Shown here piece by piece: positions 8,839 to 17,643 of a DNA stretch of 36,914 nucleotides. Under the pieces are notes generated by a model, which was not told where the DNA came from, searched no databases, and saw only the letters and a list, made by a program, of their open reading frames with translations. How positions within the stretch are numbered: position 1 is the first letter of the stretch; each line of letters starts with the position of its first letter. Source of the stretch: a virus (Duplodnaviria > Caudoviricetes); IMG/VR virus record IMGVR_UViG_3300025018_000069, positions 1 to 36,914 of that record, one strand, 5' to 3'. The translations under genes were made by a program, and so were the position numbers.

Positions 8839-9228
8839 ATGGATATCGTCGAAAAAAACGGAAGATGTTCAAGCGTTGGATGTAGACACAAACTTACCTG
8901 GCCAGAGGGTGCAGAACAGGATGAAGTGTGTAAAGACTGCCTAGAAGCCGTTAAATCTGGCAAGGAACTCAGGGCAGTAATGTACGAAGAATCAGGAGAA
9001 ATAATAGTAATTCTAGGAGGAAACCATGACCAAACAACAAATCCTAATCGACATGTGGCAGTTGTTGATGCCAGAAACAAAACATGTGGATGTAATGGAG
9101 CAGGACCAACAAACAGAGGTTTGGAAGAACACGGCAACCACACTATTCAACCTACTAGTGGGAATGATGTGGGGAACCGACCTAACAGTCGCAAAAATCG
9201 AGGAATTAAAAAAAATAGTAGAAAGTAA
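8839..9228 (+). CDS. Zinc-finger-like hypothetical protein
   Basis: CSSVGC...CKDC; start uncertain (8803 or 8839); C-terminal half overlaps the next gene. Confidence 0.55.
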   Translation: MDIVEKNGRCSSVGCRHKLTWPEGAEQDEVCKDCLEAVKSGKELRAVMYEESGEIIVILGGNHDQTTNPNRHVAVVDARNKTCGCNGAGPTNRGLEEHGNHTIQPTSGNDVGNRPNSRKNRGIKKNSRK

Positions 9229-9244
9229 AAAGGAGACAAAATAA
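9026..9244 (+). CDS. Hypothetical protein
   Basis: RBS AGGAGG 5 nt upstream; TAATG coupling downstream. Confidence 0.7.
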   Translation: MTKQQILIDMWQLLMPETKHVDVMEQDQQTEVWKNTATTLFNLLVGMMWGTDLTVAKIEELKKIVESKKETK

Positions 9245-9540
9245 TGTCAAGACCAGCAGATTTAGACCAACCCAAAAGAGCCAATGATTTAGAGGTAAGA
9301 CCCGTACCAGAAAAACTTGATAGAGTAACTACATTGATTGAGCGTATTGAAGTTAGCGTAAGCAGACTATCAGAACGATTAGACCCAGTTATGTCACCAA
9401 CTGGTGCAACAGAGGCCTTACGTGGGGAAAACCCACAACCATCTCAAAGTTTGATTTCAAACAAAATGGACAGTTTTTCTGAACAACTGTTATCAATCGA
9501 AGCAAGAATTTGCACAATCATCGACAGACTGGAAATCTAA
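9244..9540 (+). CDS. Hypothetical coiled-coil protein
   Basis: RBS AAGGAG; two heptad-like helices. Confidence 0.7.
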   Translation: MSRPADLDQPKRANDLEVRPVPEKLDRVTTLIERIEVSVSRLSERLDPVMSPTGATEALRGENPQPSQSLISNKMDSFSEQLLSIEARICTIIDRLEI

Positions 9541-9541
9541 A

Positions 9542-9832
9542 ATGCCAAACACATATAAAATCGAACAAATCAAAGTAGCACCAGGATTTGTCATTGTTAA
9601 GCCACAAGAGATTCAAGAAACAGTTGCAGGTATCTACCAACCAAACAAAGAAAAAGAAGTCCCTCAGTGGGGTGAAGTGATAACAATCGGCGGAGCAGTC
9701 AAAAAAGACCAACTCAAACTCAAATCAGGCGACGTCGTGATATATAAGAAGTGGCAAACAAACGACGTTAAAGTCGGAGACAAGAAGTACTACTTCCTAA
9801 ACTATGACGAAATCATCGGAGTAGTTGAATGA
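9542..9832 (+). CDS. groES: Co-chaperonin GroES (Cpn10)
   Basis: PGFVIVKP, mobile loop TVAGIYQP, GEVITIG, GDVVIYKKW..NDVKV, EIIGVVE; 96 aa. Confidence 0.9.
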   Translation: MPNTYKIEQIKVAPGFVIVKPQEIQETVAGIYQPNKEKEVPQWGEVITIGGAVKKDQLKLKSGDVVIYKKWQTNDVKVGDKKYYFLNYDEIIGVVE

Positions 9833-10032
9833 AATATACCAAGTTTAAGTGGAACAGGGGACCATCATTCATATTTAACGAAGGATTCTTAGACTTTCCG
9901 TGGCTCCCACTATGTATAGCGTGGAACTGGTCTGGATTGAAATACTACTACTCAGTGAGGATAAACGGAACTATTTACATGAGAGCATTAACACACAAAT
10001 TTGGAATGAAAAAAACGAGCATAAAAGTATAA
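9829..10032 (+). CDS. Hypothetical aromatic-rich protein
   Basis: ATGA and TAATG coupling on both sides. Confidence 0.6.
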   Translation: MKYTKFKWNRGPSFIFNEGFLDFPWLPLCIAWNWSGLKYYYSVRINGTIYMRALTHKFGMKKTSIKV

Positions 10033-10295
10033 TGTCAGCACAAACACTCACACACAAAAGCAGAACAGGACGCAAACTAGGTAGATACATCGAACGACGA
10101 TTCAAAGACGGTCCATACCAAGTAGGTACAGACAGACAGGGTAGATGGAAGTTCCGAAACAAATGGGGCAAAATCTACGGAATAAGAGAGTACCCAGATG
10201 TGTTCGTACTATTCGACCTAAAGAACCCATCACGCATAACCGCCATATGCAAACTAACAAAAGGTAAAAAAATCAAAGAGGTCCACGATGACTAA
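10032..10295 (+). CDS. Hypothetical basic protein
   Basis: Likely start is MSAQT at the TAATG junction rather than 9900. Confidence 0.6.
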   Translation: MSAQTLTHKSRTGRKLGRYIERRFKDGPYQVGTDRQGRWKFRNKWGKIYGIREYPDVFVLFDLKNPSRITAICKLTKGKKIKEVHDD

Positions 10296-10536
10296 CATGC
10301 AAAAGATAGTTCTCCCACAATACGAGGTATCAGCACTTAACTCAAAAGGGGAAGTCATTCCAAAATACAAACAGATACTAACAGCAACATTTAGTGTAAG
10401 TAACGACGTTCACAAGTACAACGAAGAACAAAAGCCTCCACTCGTTAAAATCGCCATTTTCACCATGCTAGCGACCCTAGTAACGACAGGAACACTTATA
10501 GCTATAGCGTGGCTCATTTCACTCGTGGTAAACTAA
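10288..10536 (+). CDS. Small membrane protein
   Basis: C-terminal hydrophobic helix IAIFTMLATLVTTGTLIAIAWLISLVV; GAGG RBS. Confidence 0.65.
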   Translation: MTNMQKIVLPQYEVSALNSKGEVIPKYKQILTATFSVSNDVHKYNEEQKPPLVKIAIFTMLATLVTTGTLIAIAWLISLVVN

Positions 10537-10574
10537 TCACAATAGTAAACCATAGCCCTCCAAGAAGGATACCT

Positions 10575-11105
10575 ATGTCCAATGAATCCAAAGAACTAAC
10601 CGTTTTCGAGCAACAACAGAAGCTTATAGAAGCAGGCGGAGCAAAGTTTAAGAAATGGTGCGGATACTTCCTAGACCCACAATCAGATACCTACGGAAAT
10701 GCCACCAAATCAGCCCTCAAAGCCTACAAAACGAAGAAGTATCACAGTGCTGGTGCCATAGGTAGCGAAAACTTAAAAAAACTTAAAAACTACGGCATAG
10801 GATTCCTTGAGCAAGAAGGTATTACTGTTAAAGACTGGTTCAAAGTGTTAGCCAAAAAAGCAATGGAAGGCTCATACAACGAAACAACAGACTTCATGGA
10901 GCGATTCGGACTAGTGGAACAGAAGCAGAATGTACCGCAAAATCAAATCAACCAACAGTTCAACCTGGGGAATATCGCACAGGCATTCTCCCAAGCTCGT
11001 AAAGAGAGGGGACTGGACAACCAAACTCAAACGCTCCCAGGAAATACTCCTACTAGGGACGCTATTGCAACTCCTACTGGAAATGATAACAGCCTTCCTG
11101 AATAA
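10575..11105 (+). CDS. terS: Terminase small subunit
   Basis: F..W..YFLD.....GNATKSALKAY.....SAGAIGSENL TerS HTH motif; start MSNES with AAGGA RBS; upstream of terL. Confidence 0.8.
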   Translation: MSNESKELTVFEQQQKLIEAGGAKFKKWCGYFLDPQSDTYGNATKSALKAYKTKKYHSAGAIGSENLKKLKNYGIGFLEQEGITVKDWFKVLAKKAMEGSYNETTDFMERFGLVEQKQNVPQNQINQQFNLGNIAQAFSQARKERGLDNQTQTLPGNTPTRDAIATPTGNDNSLPE

Positions 11106-11114
11106 ACTTACCTA

Positions 11115-11159
11115 TTGACAAGGCATATTCTAGACGTGTACTCTTATATAAGTATATAA
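11115..11159 (+). promoter_or_regulatory. sigma70-type promoter followed by the 16-bp motif
   Basis: TTGACA(11115)-18 bp-TACTCT(11139); TTATATAAGTATATAA at 11144-11159. Confidence 0.7.
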
Positions 11160-11177
11160 AGCATCGAAAGGAACCCA

Positions 11178-11381
11178 ATGGGACCAGCAGACTTCGTCTA
11201 CACAGACACAAAAGGACAGGATTGGTATCTTCATACCAAAGACGTAACACTCCGAAACGGACGTGTACAAACAATCTACTTTTTCGCAAGAGATGAGCGA
11301 GAAGGACGCTGTGAAAAGCCAGATAACATGGTTGTCATGGAAACAGCACGTACTGGTATGCCAGTCTTAAAAAGAGCATAG
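11178..11381 (+). CDS. Small conserved host-type protein of unknown function
   Basis: KGQDWYLHTKDVTLRNGRVQTIYFFAR...TGMPVLK matches my recollection of a ~65-aa family common in CPR and Chloroflexota chromosomes; AAGGA RBS. Confidence 0.75.
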   Translation: MGPADFVYTDTKGQDWYLHTKDVTLRNGRVQTIYFFARDEREGRCEKPDNMVVMETARTGMPVLKRA

Positions 11382-11420
11382 TACAATGAAACGGTCCCCG
11401 CAAAAATGCAGGGACCACGA

Positions 11421-11492
11421 CCCAGGGTGGCAGAGAGGAAATGCACTCGTTTCATACACGAGACAACGTCGGTTCGAACCCGACCCATGGAA
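11421..11492 (+). tRNA. tRNA with CAT anticodon (Met/Ile2), atypical acceptor stem
   Basis: D arm GCA/TGC with GG; anticodon stem CTCGT/ACGAG, loop TTCATAC; T arm GTCGG-TTCGAAC-CCGAC; acceptor CCCAGGG/CCATGGA with two mismatches; no encoded CCA. Confidence 0.8.
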
Positions 11493-11514
11493 CACAAGTA
11501 GAGGCTCATAACTA

Positions 11515-11582
11515 GGGCAGGGTGCTAGGCACAAGATGGTCTCCAAAACCGTCTCTGCAGGGAGCGTAACCTTGACTGCTCG
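11515..11582 (+). tRNA. Degenerate tRNA-Trp(CCA)-like element
   Basis: Anticodon arm ATGGT-CTCCAAA-ACCGT; acceptor GGGCAGG/ACTGCTC; T stem CAGGG/CCTTG with non-canonical loop AGCGTAA; shortened D arm GTGC-TAG-GCAC. Confidence 0.55.
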
Positions 11583-11593
11583 CAAAGGAAACT

Positions 11594-11692
11594 ATGAACG
11601 AATACGAATACAACCAACGCAAAAGATTCTACATCATTATGGCTGCAGGGCTCTACCTAGCAGTAATGTTTACACTTCTAATCTTTATTTAA
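11594..11692 (+). CDS. 32-aa single-TM peptide; not in the ORF track
   Basis: MNEYEYNQRKRFYIIMAAGLYLAVMFTLLIFI; AAAGGA RBS. Confidence 0.6.
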   Translation: MNEYEYNQRKRFYIIMAAGLYLAVMFTLLIFI

Positions 11693-12166
11693 GTGTATAA
11701 ACACGCTAAAATGGGTAAGTATATGACGAACCCCAAAGAAATAACCCACTACTGTACAGCCTGTAAAACAGAACACACCTTCATAGAAAACGAATGGCCA
11801 TTCTGGAACCTCAAAATGATAGACGAGAAGCCAGTCTTTTGGTGCAATAAAGGCTTAGATTGTGCAGGATGTAAAACAGTCCACAGAAAAAACGGAATAA
11901 CTAAATCGTACAACCACCCATCAGGAATGACGCTGTGGCTGTGTGCAAAACACATCAACGGCCACGGTAACGGAGAAATAGACTGGGACATGTACAGTCC
12001 ACAGGAAGTTATGAGCGGAGTACACCTAGGGATGGAGCGAGAAAAAGTTTACGGAGAAGACACTGAGAACCACGACATCGTCCACGCACAGGAATTGGAG
12101 GCCGTAGACCAAACATTGCAAGAACTAGGCGAATTAGAAGCAGAGGACCACGCACAGACATGGTAG
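11693..12166 (+). CDS. Cys/His-rich zinc-binding protein with acidic tail
   Basis: CTACKTEH...WC and CAGCKTVH...LCAKH, a duplicated unit; start probably 11723. Confidence 0.65.
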   Translation: MYKHAKMGKYMTNPKEITHYCTACKTEHTFIENEWPFWNLKMIDEKPVFWCNKGLDCAGCKTVHRKNGITKSYNHPSGMTLWLCAKHINGHGNGEIDWDMYSPQEVMSGVHLGMEREKVYGEDTENHDIVHAQELEAVDQTLQELGELEAEDHAQTW

Positions 12167-13815
12167 AAGGACCACAAACACCAGCAGACCTGATGAGATT
12201 GGCAGTTGAAGACCCAAAGCAAATCATTGAGGCATTTTTCTGGGTGGCTGATAAGAACGGAGACAGAGTCCCATTCATATTCAACGACCTGCAAAACGAG
12301 TTTTACTACGGCAGAAGCAAGCGTGACGACATCCTCAAGGCAGGGCAAATAGGGTTTTCCACAATGATTCTAGCGATACTCACAGTAAAGTTCTTACTGG
12401 TCCCAGGAAGCTGGTCAGTGTCACTCTCATATGAATCAGAAGCAACAGCCAGACTATTCAACAAGGTAGACTTCTGGTTAAACCCAAAAAACTTACACCC
12501 AGTACTTAGAACATTTCTAAAGTTATCCACAAATAGGTTAGGAGCAAAGATAAACTCAGCATACGACCCACAGCCCGACTCAATGTTCTACATCGGTACA
12601 GCAGGAGCAGCAACCTTCGGACGTGGAGACCGCATACACTACGCCCACCTATCAGAAACATCGCGATGGAAGGACGCAGGACGCATCGCCACAGGTATCA
12701 TCCGTGCAGTACCACTCCCAGAATTAGACATTGATACATGGATAGTAGGAGAAACTACAGCCAACGGCGTAGGAAACTACCACTACGACGAATACGTACG
12801 TGCAGTGAATGGCAAATCGAAGTTCAAACCATACTTCGGTCTATGGCTCAAACACGCAGAATACGAACTACCAGGAGACCCAATAACCGACTACGACGAA
12901 GAAGAAATCAACATCAAAAGAATGTATCCAAACCTAGCAACTGACGCAAAACTAAGGTGGAGACGCTCAATGGTAGCCTCACTAAAATCAGAAGACGGTA
13001 GAAGCCCAGAAGACATGTTTAAACAGGAGTTCCCAAACACATGGCAGGAAGCGTTCCTATTCTCAGGCAGCCCAGTATTCAACACAAAATCACTAAGCGG
13101 AATGCTCGCACAGAAAAAAGAACCACTCAGAATAGGAGAACTTGTAGGACTAACACCAACCATCACATTCGTAGACAATCCAAGCAAAATGGCCCCAATT
13201 AAGATATTTGAGGAACCAAAGAAGGACGGCCAGTACCTAATCTTCGGAGACGTAGGAGAGAACCACGACAGGTGTGTGGCGACTGTTTTGGACAAACAGA
13301 CGGCCAATGTAGTGGCAAAATACAAGCAAGTCATCAACGCAAGAACATTCGGTAAAGAGATTCAGAAACTAGGCTACTACTACAACAAATGTATGATTGC
13401 AGTCGAAATCAACAACATGGGTCAAAGCACAATGGACCAATGCATCGAAGACAACTACCCACACATATACTTCAGACAACGACTAGACAAGGTCAGCAAG
13501 AAAACAACAGACGTCCCAGGATGGAGAACCACCACACAAAGCAAAGCACAAATGATAGGCCACATGCAGAAATTGATTCAGGAGGGCCTAATGCTGTATG
13601 ATGAAGATATTATTACCGAAATGATGACATTCATTCGCACCAAAAACGGCTCAATGGAAGCCGAAAAAGGAGCCTATGATGATTGTGTTATCAGCGTCTG
13701 TGGTGCATACTTTATACTAAAGCAATACCCATATGCCCCACCAGCATCCCAAAGCAGCAGAGCATCGAATCCAGGGCAGAGACTTAGGCAAATGAGGGGT
13801 GCAAAAAGGAGATAA
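12160..13815 (+). CDS. terL: Terminase large subunit
   Basis: VPFIFNDLQ adenine-binding motif, ILKAGQIGFST Walker A variant, YAHLSE Walker B, ETTANG coupling motif, FKQEFP, IFGDVG, AVEINN and DDCV nuclease residues. Confidence 0.93.
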   Translation: MVEGPQTPADLMRLAVEDPKQIIEAFFWVADKNGDRVPFIFNDLQNEFYYGRSKRDDILKAGQIGFSTMILAILTVKFLLVPGSWSVSLSYESEATARLFNKVDFWLNPKNLHPVLRTFLKLSTNRLGAKINSAYDPQPDSMFYIGTAGAATFGRGDRIHYAHLSETSRWKDAGRIATGIIRAVPLPELDIDTWIVGETTANGVGNYHYDEYVRAVNGKSKFKPYFGLWLKHAEYELPGDPITDYDEEEINIKRMYPNLATDAKLRWRRSMVASLKSEDGRSPEDMFKQEFPNTWQEAFLFSGSPVFNTKSLSGMLAQKKEPLRIGELVGLTPTITFVDNPSKMAPIKIFEEPKKDGQYLIFGDVGENHDRCVATVLDKQTANVVAKYKQVINARTFGKEIQKLGYYYNKCMIAVEINNMGQSTMDQCIEDNYPHIYFRQRLDKVSKKTTDVPGWRTTTQSKAQMIGHMQKLIQEGLMLYDEDIITEMMTFIRTKNGSMEAEKGAYDDCVISVCGAYFILKQYPYAPPASQSSRASNPGQRLRQMRGAKRR

Positions 13816-13817
13816 CC

Positions 13818-15755
13818 ATGGAAGCTAAAGACAACTCAGCCTCAATACTAAGAAAAAGAGCCAAGATATCACGGGACTGGTGTGCTCCATTCTTTGATAA
13901 CTTTCTTGAAAACTACGAACACTACTTCATCAGAACAATAGACAAAGCCGTAGAAGAAAAAGCAGACGCATATCCATTCTACTCACAAATCATGCTTCCA
14001 ATGACATACCAAATTGTGGAAACAATCCTCCCACGCATGTTCGGTAAAATGTTCAGCTTTTCACTAGACACAGAAGCAGAGAATGATAGACACGACGAGT
14101 TCGCCTTTGAGAACCTTGTACGCTACCAAATTGACCACCCATACCTAGTAGACGACCCATTCCAATCCAGACTTGTAGGAGCCTTAAAAGAGGAGTTTAT
14201 CACAGGAAACGCATGGTTCAGAACACCATGGATAAAACAGGTGGAGAGAGTTCAACAATGGCAACCATACTCACCAGAACTAGGCATTGCACCAACTGAC
14301 GACCAAGAAATGGTCATGCAAGCAACAAAAGAGTTCGGACTAGAAGCTAAATGGATGCTCGTAGACACAGAGAAAACCGTGTTCGACGCACCAAACTTCC
14401 AACACAGAAGCATCTTCCAAGTGCTCCCAGACCCAAAGAAGAAACGTGTATCAGACCTCGGATGGATTATCGACGAAGAACACATGACGATGGACCAAAT
14501 CATGCAGATGGTAAACGCAGAACCAAATGAGTTCTCAAACATCGAAAAGCTCAGGAAGTTAGAAGAAGCAAAAGACCAAGTGGAAGTCTCAGGAGAGTCA
14601 GTAGACTACGAGGCAGCATTGGCCGACATCTTTGATGCAGAAGACTTCACCAACAAGGACGACACCCAACACCAGTTCAAAGTTAGCACAATGGTAGAAA
14701 AAGACAAACTGGTAATGGTAATCAACGAGAAACTAACCATCAGAGAAGGAATCAACCCCAATGGCGACGGAAAACTCGGTTACGGCCTAATGAAGGACAT
14801 CTCAATCCCTCACCAACTGTTCGCATGGGGAGAACCAGACCCAATCAAGAAGCTTGAAGACGGCATGTCAGACCAGTTCAACATGCGTAACGACGATGTA
14901 TTCTACGACCTAATGCGAATGTGGCAGGTAGACCCAACAGCACTCGTGGAAGGAGTAAGCTTTATCCCAGAGCCAGGAGCAATCATTGAAATGAAGCCAA
15001 ACGCTCCAGCTAATGCAATCAAACAACTGGATAGCAAGCCAGTAGCAGCGTCAGCGTATCGTGAGTATACAGAGTGGGAAAGCGTCATTCAGGGAACATC
15101 AGGTGTCACCGACTACGCAACAGGAGCTGCAGAACCAGGAATGAACCCAACCCTCGGAGGAGTTGAGAAGCTACAAGCAGCAGCCAACAACAGATTCCAG
15201 CTGAAGCTAAACCTGTTTGAAAACCTAGGACTCACGGCCATCGGCACACAATACATTCAGCGAAACATAAGATACTACGACTCCGATACTCCTGTTAAAA
15301 CACGACAAGGAAAGATGATAATCAAACCAGAGAGCATCAGAAGGTTGCAAGGTCCAATCAGATTCAGAGTCACAGCAGGTTCAACAGAGTCACAGAACTA
15401 CGATAAAGACTGGGCAAGATGGAAAGCTGTAGCAGATATGGCAGGCGACCCAGCTAACCCAATATTTGCAAACCTCCGCCCAGAGTCGTATGATGCAATA
15501 GCGAAGGGAATATTAGACGCACTCAGAGTTCCGAACGCAGAAGAATTGGTAGTCAGGGCTCAAACCCAACCAGGTTCAGTAGACCCGACAACAGGCCAAC
15601 CACGCACACCAGTAGCAAACTTAAATCCTGACGGAAGCATCATGGCTCAAGAACAGCTTGAAGCTTTAGCAGGAGGAGCAGGAGGACAACAAAATGTTGA
15701 ACAAAACACGCAGCCTTTACCAGCAGATAACCCAACGCCGCAAACATTCGGATAG
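13818..15755 (+). CDS. Portal protein (podovirus type)
   Basis: Directly after terL; 645 aa; QIVETILPRM, SGVTDYATG...TLGGV pattern of P22/SU10-like portals. Confidence 0.85.
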   Translation: MEAKDNSASILRKRAKISRDWCAPFFDNFLENYEHYFIRTIDKAVEEKADAYPFYSQIMLPMTYQIVETILPRMFGKMFSFSLDTEAENDRHDEFAFENLVRYQIDHPYLVDDPFQSRLVGALKEEFITGNAWFRTPWIKQVERVQQWQPYSPELGIAPTDDQEMVMQATKEFGLEAKWMLVDTEKTVFDAPNFQHRSIFQVLPDPKKKRVSDLGWIIDEEHMTMDQIMQMVNAEPNEFSNIEKLRKLEEAKDQVEVSGESVDYEAALADIFDAEDFTNKDDTQHQFKVSTMVEKDKLVMVINEKLTIREGINPNGDGKLGYGLMKDISIPHQLFAWGEPDPIKKLEDGMSDQFNMRNDDVFYDLMRMWQVDPTALVEGVSFIPEPGAIIEMKPNAPANAIKQLDSKPVAASAYREYTEWESVIQGTSGVTDYATGAAEPGMNPTLGGVEKLQAAANNRFQLKLNLFENLGLTAIGTQYIQRNIRYYDSDTPVKTRQGKMIIKPESIRRLQGPIRFRVTAGSTESQNYDKDWARWKAVADMAGDPANPIFANLRPESYDAIAKGILDALRVPNAEELVVRAQTQPGSVDPTTGQPRTPVANLNPDGSIMAQEQLEALAGGAGGQQNVEQNTQPLPADNPTPQTFG

Positions 15756-16065
15756 TGACATTGCAAAATTGATAGAGGACGGAAAAGCAGTAAAATCATT
15801 CCGTAAAACTAGAACAGCAAAGCTTTTGGAAGACTGGATTGAACAGCAACGCAAAGGACAGCAAGAATACCTCCAAATGGAAATAGGCTCACTAAACGGC
15901 CTCAACCTAATAAAGTTCTGGGGAGCATTTCTCAAGTATGTATACCTAGTGCAGGAAAACAGAGCATACCGCAAACTAGAAGCATTTTTAGATACCACAG
16001 AATCAACAGGAGCAAAATATGAAGAACAACAGCGAAGACGAGCTGAAGCGAGTACCGACAAATAA
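15694..16065 (+). CDS. Hypothetical head-module protein
   Basis: GGAGG RBS; position after the portal. Confidence 0.7.
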   Translation: MLNKTRSLYQQITQRRKHSDSDIAKLIEDGKAVKSFRKTRTAKLLEDWIEQQRKGQQEYLQMEIGSLNGLNLIKFWGAFLKYVYLVQENRAYRKLEAFLDTTESTGAKYEEQQRRRAEASTDK

Positions 16066-16399
16066 ACAAGGTGACCAACCAGGAGAATTCGGTGCTACAC
16101 CAGAACCACTAACTGGCGACAAGTTTTGGAATCGCATTAAGTGGTTGCACGAAAAAGGTCTCCACAAAGGTGACTACCAAGAGTACGAAAAACCGTACTA
16201 CAATCTCAACAAAGGCTCCCATTACTACGTCCTTGATGACCCAAAAAAGGCAACAATCAGGTGCCTAAGCTGTCCAGTAAAACACGGAGGAGTACTAGAA
16301 GCACACCTGCTAACGAGGTACGAATTGAATGAGGGCGTTCTGTACTTAGACGGCGAAGCAATCAACAAAACCCCAGAAGACTTCCACCTCGGTGCATAA
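16019..16399 (+). CDS. Hypothetical protein with CxxC/His
   Basis: AGGAG RBS; H...CLSCPVKH. Confidence 0.7.
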   Translation: MKNNSEDELKRVPTNKQGDQPGEFGATPEPLTGDKFWNRIKWLHEKGLHKGDYQEYEKPYYNLNKGSHYYVLDDPKKATIRCLSCPVKHGGVLEAHLLTRYELNEGVLYLDGEAINKTPEDFHLGA

Positions 16400-16487
16400 A
16401 CAGTTTACAATAACTTTACAATCGAAATAAAACAGTTTACACTAAGATTCAGCACAAAAAGTAATCATAGCCCTTGAAAGGACACCT

Positions 16488-17531
16488 ATGTCAATAACGC
16501 AATCAGTTACCCCAGAAGCAGAAGGCACACCAGCACCAGTAAGCGGAGTAGAAAACAACTTCGACGAACAAGGTCATCAAACAGGAGCAGACGACCTTTT
16601 TGAGTTTGACCAACCAGAAGCACCAGTAGACGACACCCCAATCATTCAACCAGCCCCAGGAGACGAAATTGTAGACGACACCCCAACTGAAAATCCAGTT
16701 GATGAGGACGGTCTAGAAGGTGTGAGAGTTGAAGAACAACCACCACAACCAAAAACTGAAGAACAGCAAAAGACTGAGAAACCTCAAACAGAACTAAAGT
16801 TATACGCTGACAAATTCAAAACAACACAAGACTTAAAGAATGCATTCGTTCAATTAGGCGGAGACCCAGCTAACTACGGAGAAAACGTATCAGCTCTAGA
16901 AGAAGCATACCGTGTAAGACAGTCCGAGTTTAGCAGAGTAAGAGCCGAAATTGCACACAATCAGCCAGCTCCAGAACCAACAAAATCATTCCAAGAATTA
17001 CTCAATGAGGAGTTTGCAAAATACGACCCGACCACGTTTGAAAACCCTGCAGCAATGTGGAAAGCCCAAACAGAGGCAACCGCAGCAGCAGCAGCAAAGT
17101 TTGAACAGCAACAAAATCAGCCAAAGGCAGACCAAATCACCCCACAGGAAATGGACAGGCAGATTAAAGGCTTAAATGAAATGCATGCCATCGAAACAAA
17201 GGTCCCACGATTAAAGTCAGACAAACAATTCAGAACTGGCTTCGCAACCCACATTCTTCAAATGAAACAAGAAGGAAGACTGGTGGAAAAAGCACCAGGA
17301 GTGTTAGACCTCGACCACGCAATGAAAGACTACATCGGTGGTGTGAAATCATTAGTAGAAGAAGCAAGTAAAGCGTACAATCAAACTCAAACGGCTAAAA
17401 ACTTAAGTACAGCAACCAACTCAGAAAATGCCCCATCTAACCCAGCCAACTCACCAAGCAGAAGCCCTGAAGATGACATTTTAGAGGGTATTTTAGAGGC
17501 ACAAGCAGCAGACGCACGGAAATATAACTAG
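16488..17531 (+). CDS. Capsid scaffolding protein (putative)
   Basis: Acidic, Pro-rich N-terminus; YADKFKT..DL..A motif; directly before the capsid gene. Confidence 0.75.
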   Translation: MSITQSVTPEAEGTPAPVSGVENNFDEQGHQTGADDLFEFDQPEAPVDDTPIIQPAPGDEIVDDTPTENPVDEDGLEGVRVEEQPPQPKTEEQQKTEKPQTELKLYADKFKTTQDLKNAFVQLGGDPANYGENVSALEEAYRVRQSEFSRVRAEIAHNQPAPEPTKSFQELLNEEFAKYDPTTFENPAAMWKAQTEATAAAAAKFEQQQNQPKADQITPQEMDRQIKGLNEMHAIETKVPRLKSDKQFRTGFATHILQMKQEGRLVEKAPGVLDLDHAMKDYIGGVKSLVEEASKAYNQTQTAKNLSTATNSENAPSNPANSPSRSPEDDILEGILEAQAADARKYN

Positions 17532-17533
17532 TA

Positions 17534-17563
17534 TTGACAAGCAATAACAAAGTGCTTTATCAT
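17534..17563 (+). promoter_or_regulatory. sigma70-type promoter for the capsid gene
   Basis: TTGACA-18 bp-TATCAT in an intergenic gap; AAGGAG RBS before 17644. Confidence 0.75.
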
Positions 17564-17643
17564 GAATAGTTAACCAAGTAATCACGCATTCCCTAAGCAA
17601 ATTCTAGAAATTATACAGCTCAGAAGGAGCAAAAAGGAGTGTT

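Noticed and set aside
11421-11582. tRNA as attP for integration
   Set aside because: No integrase or recombinase gene recognised
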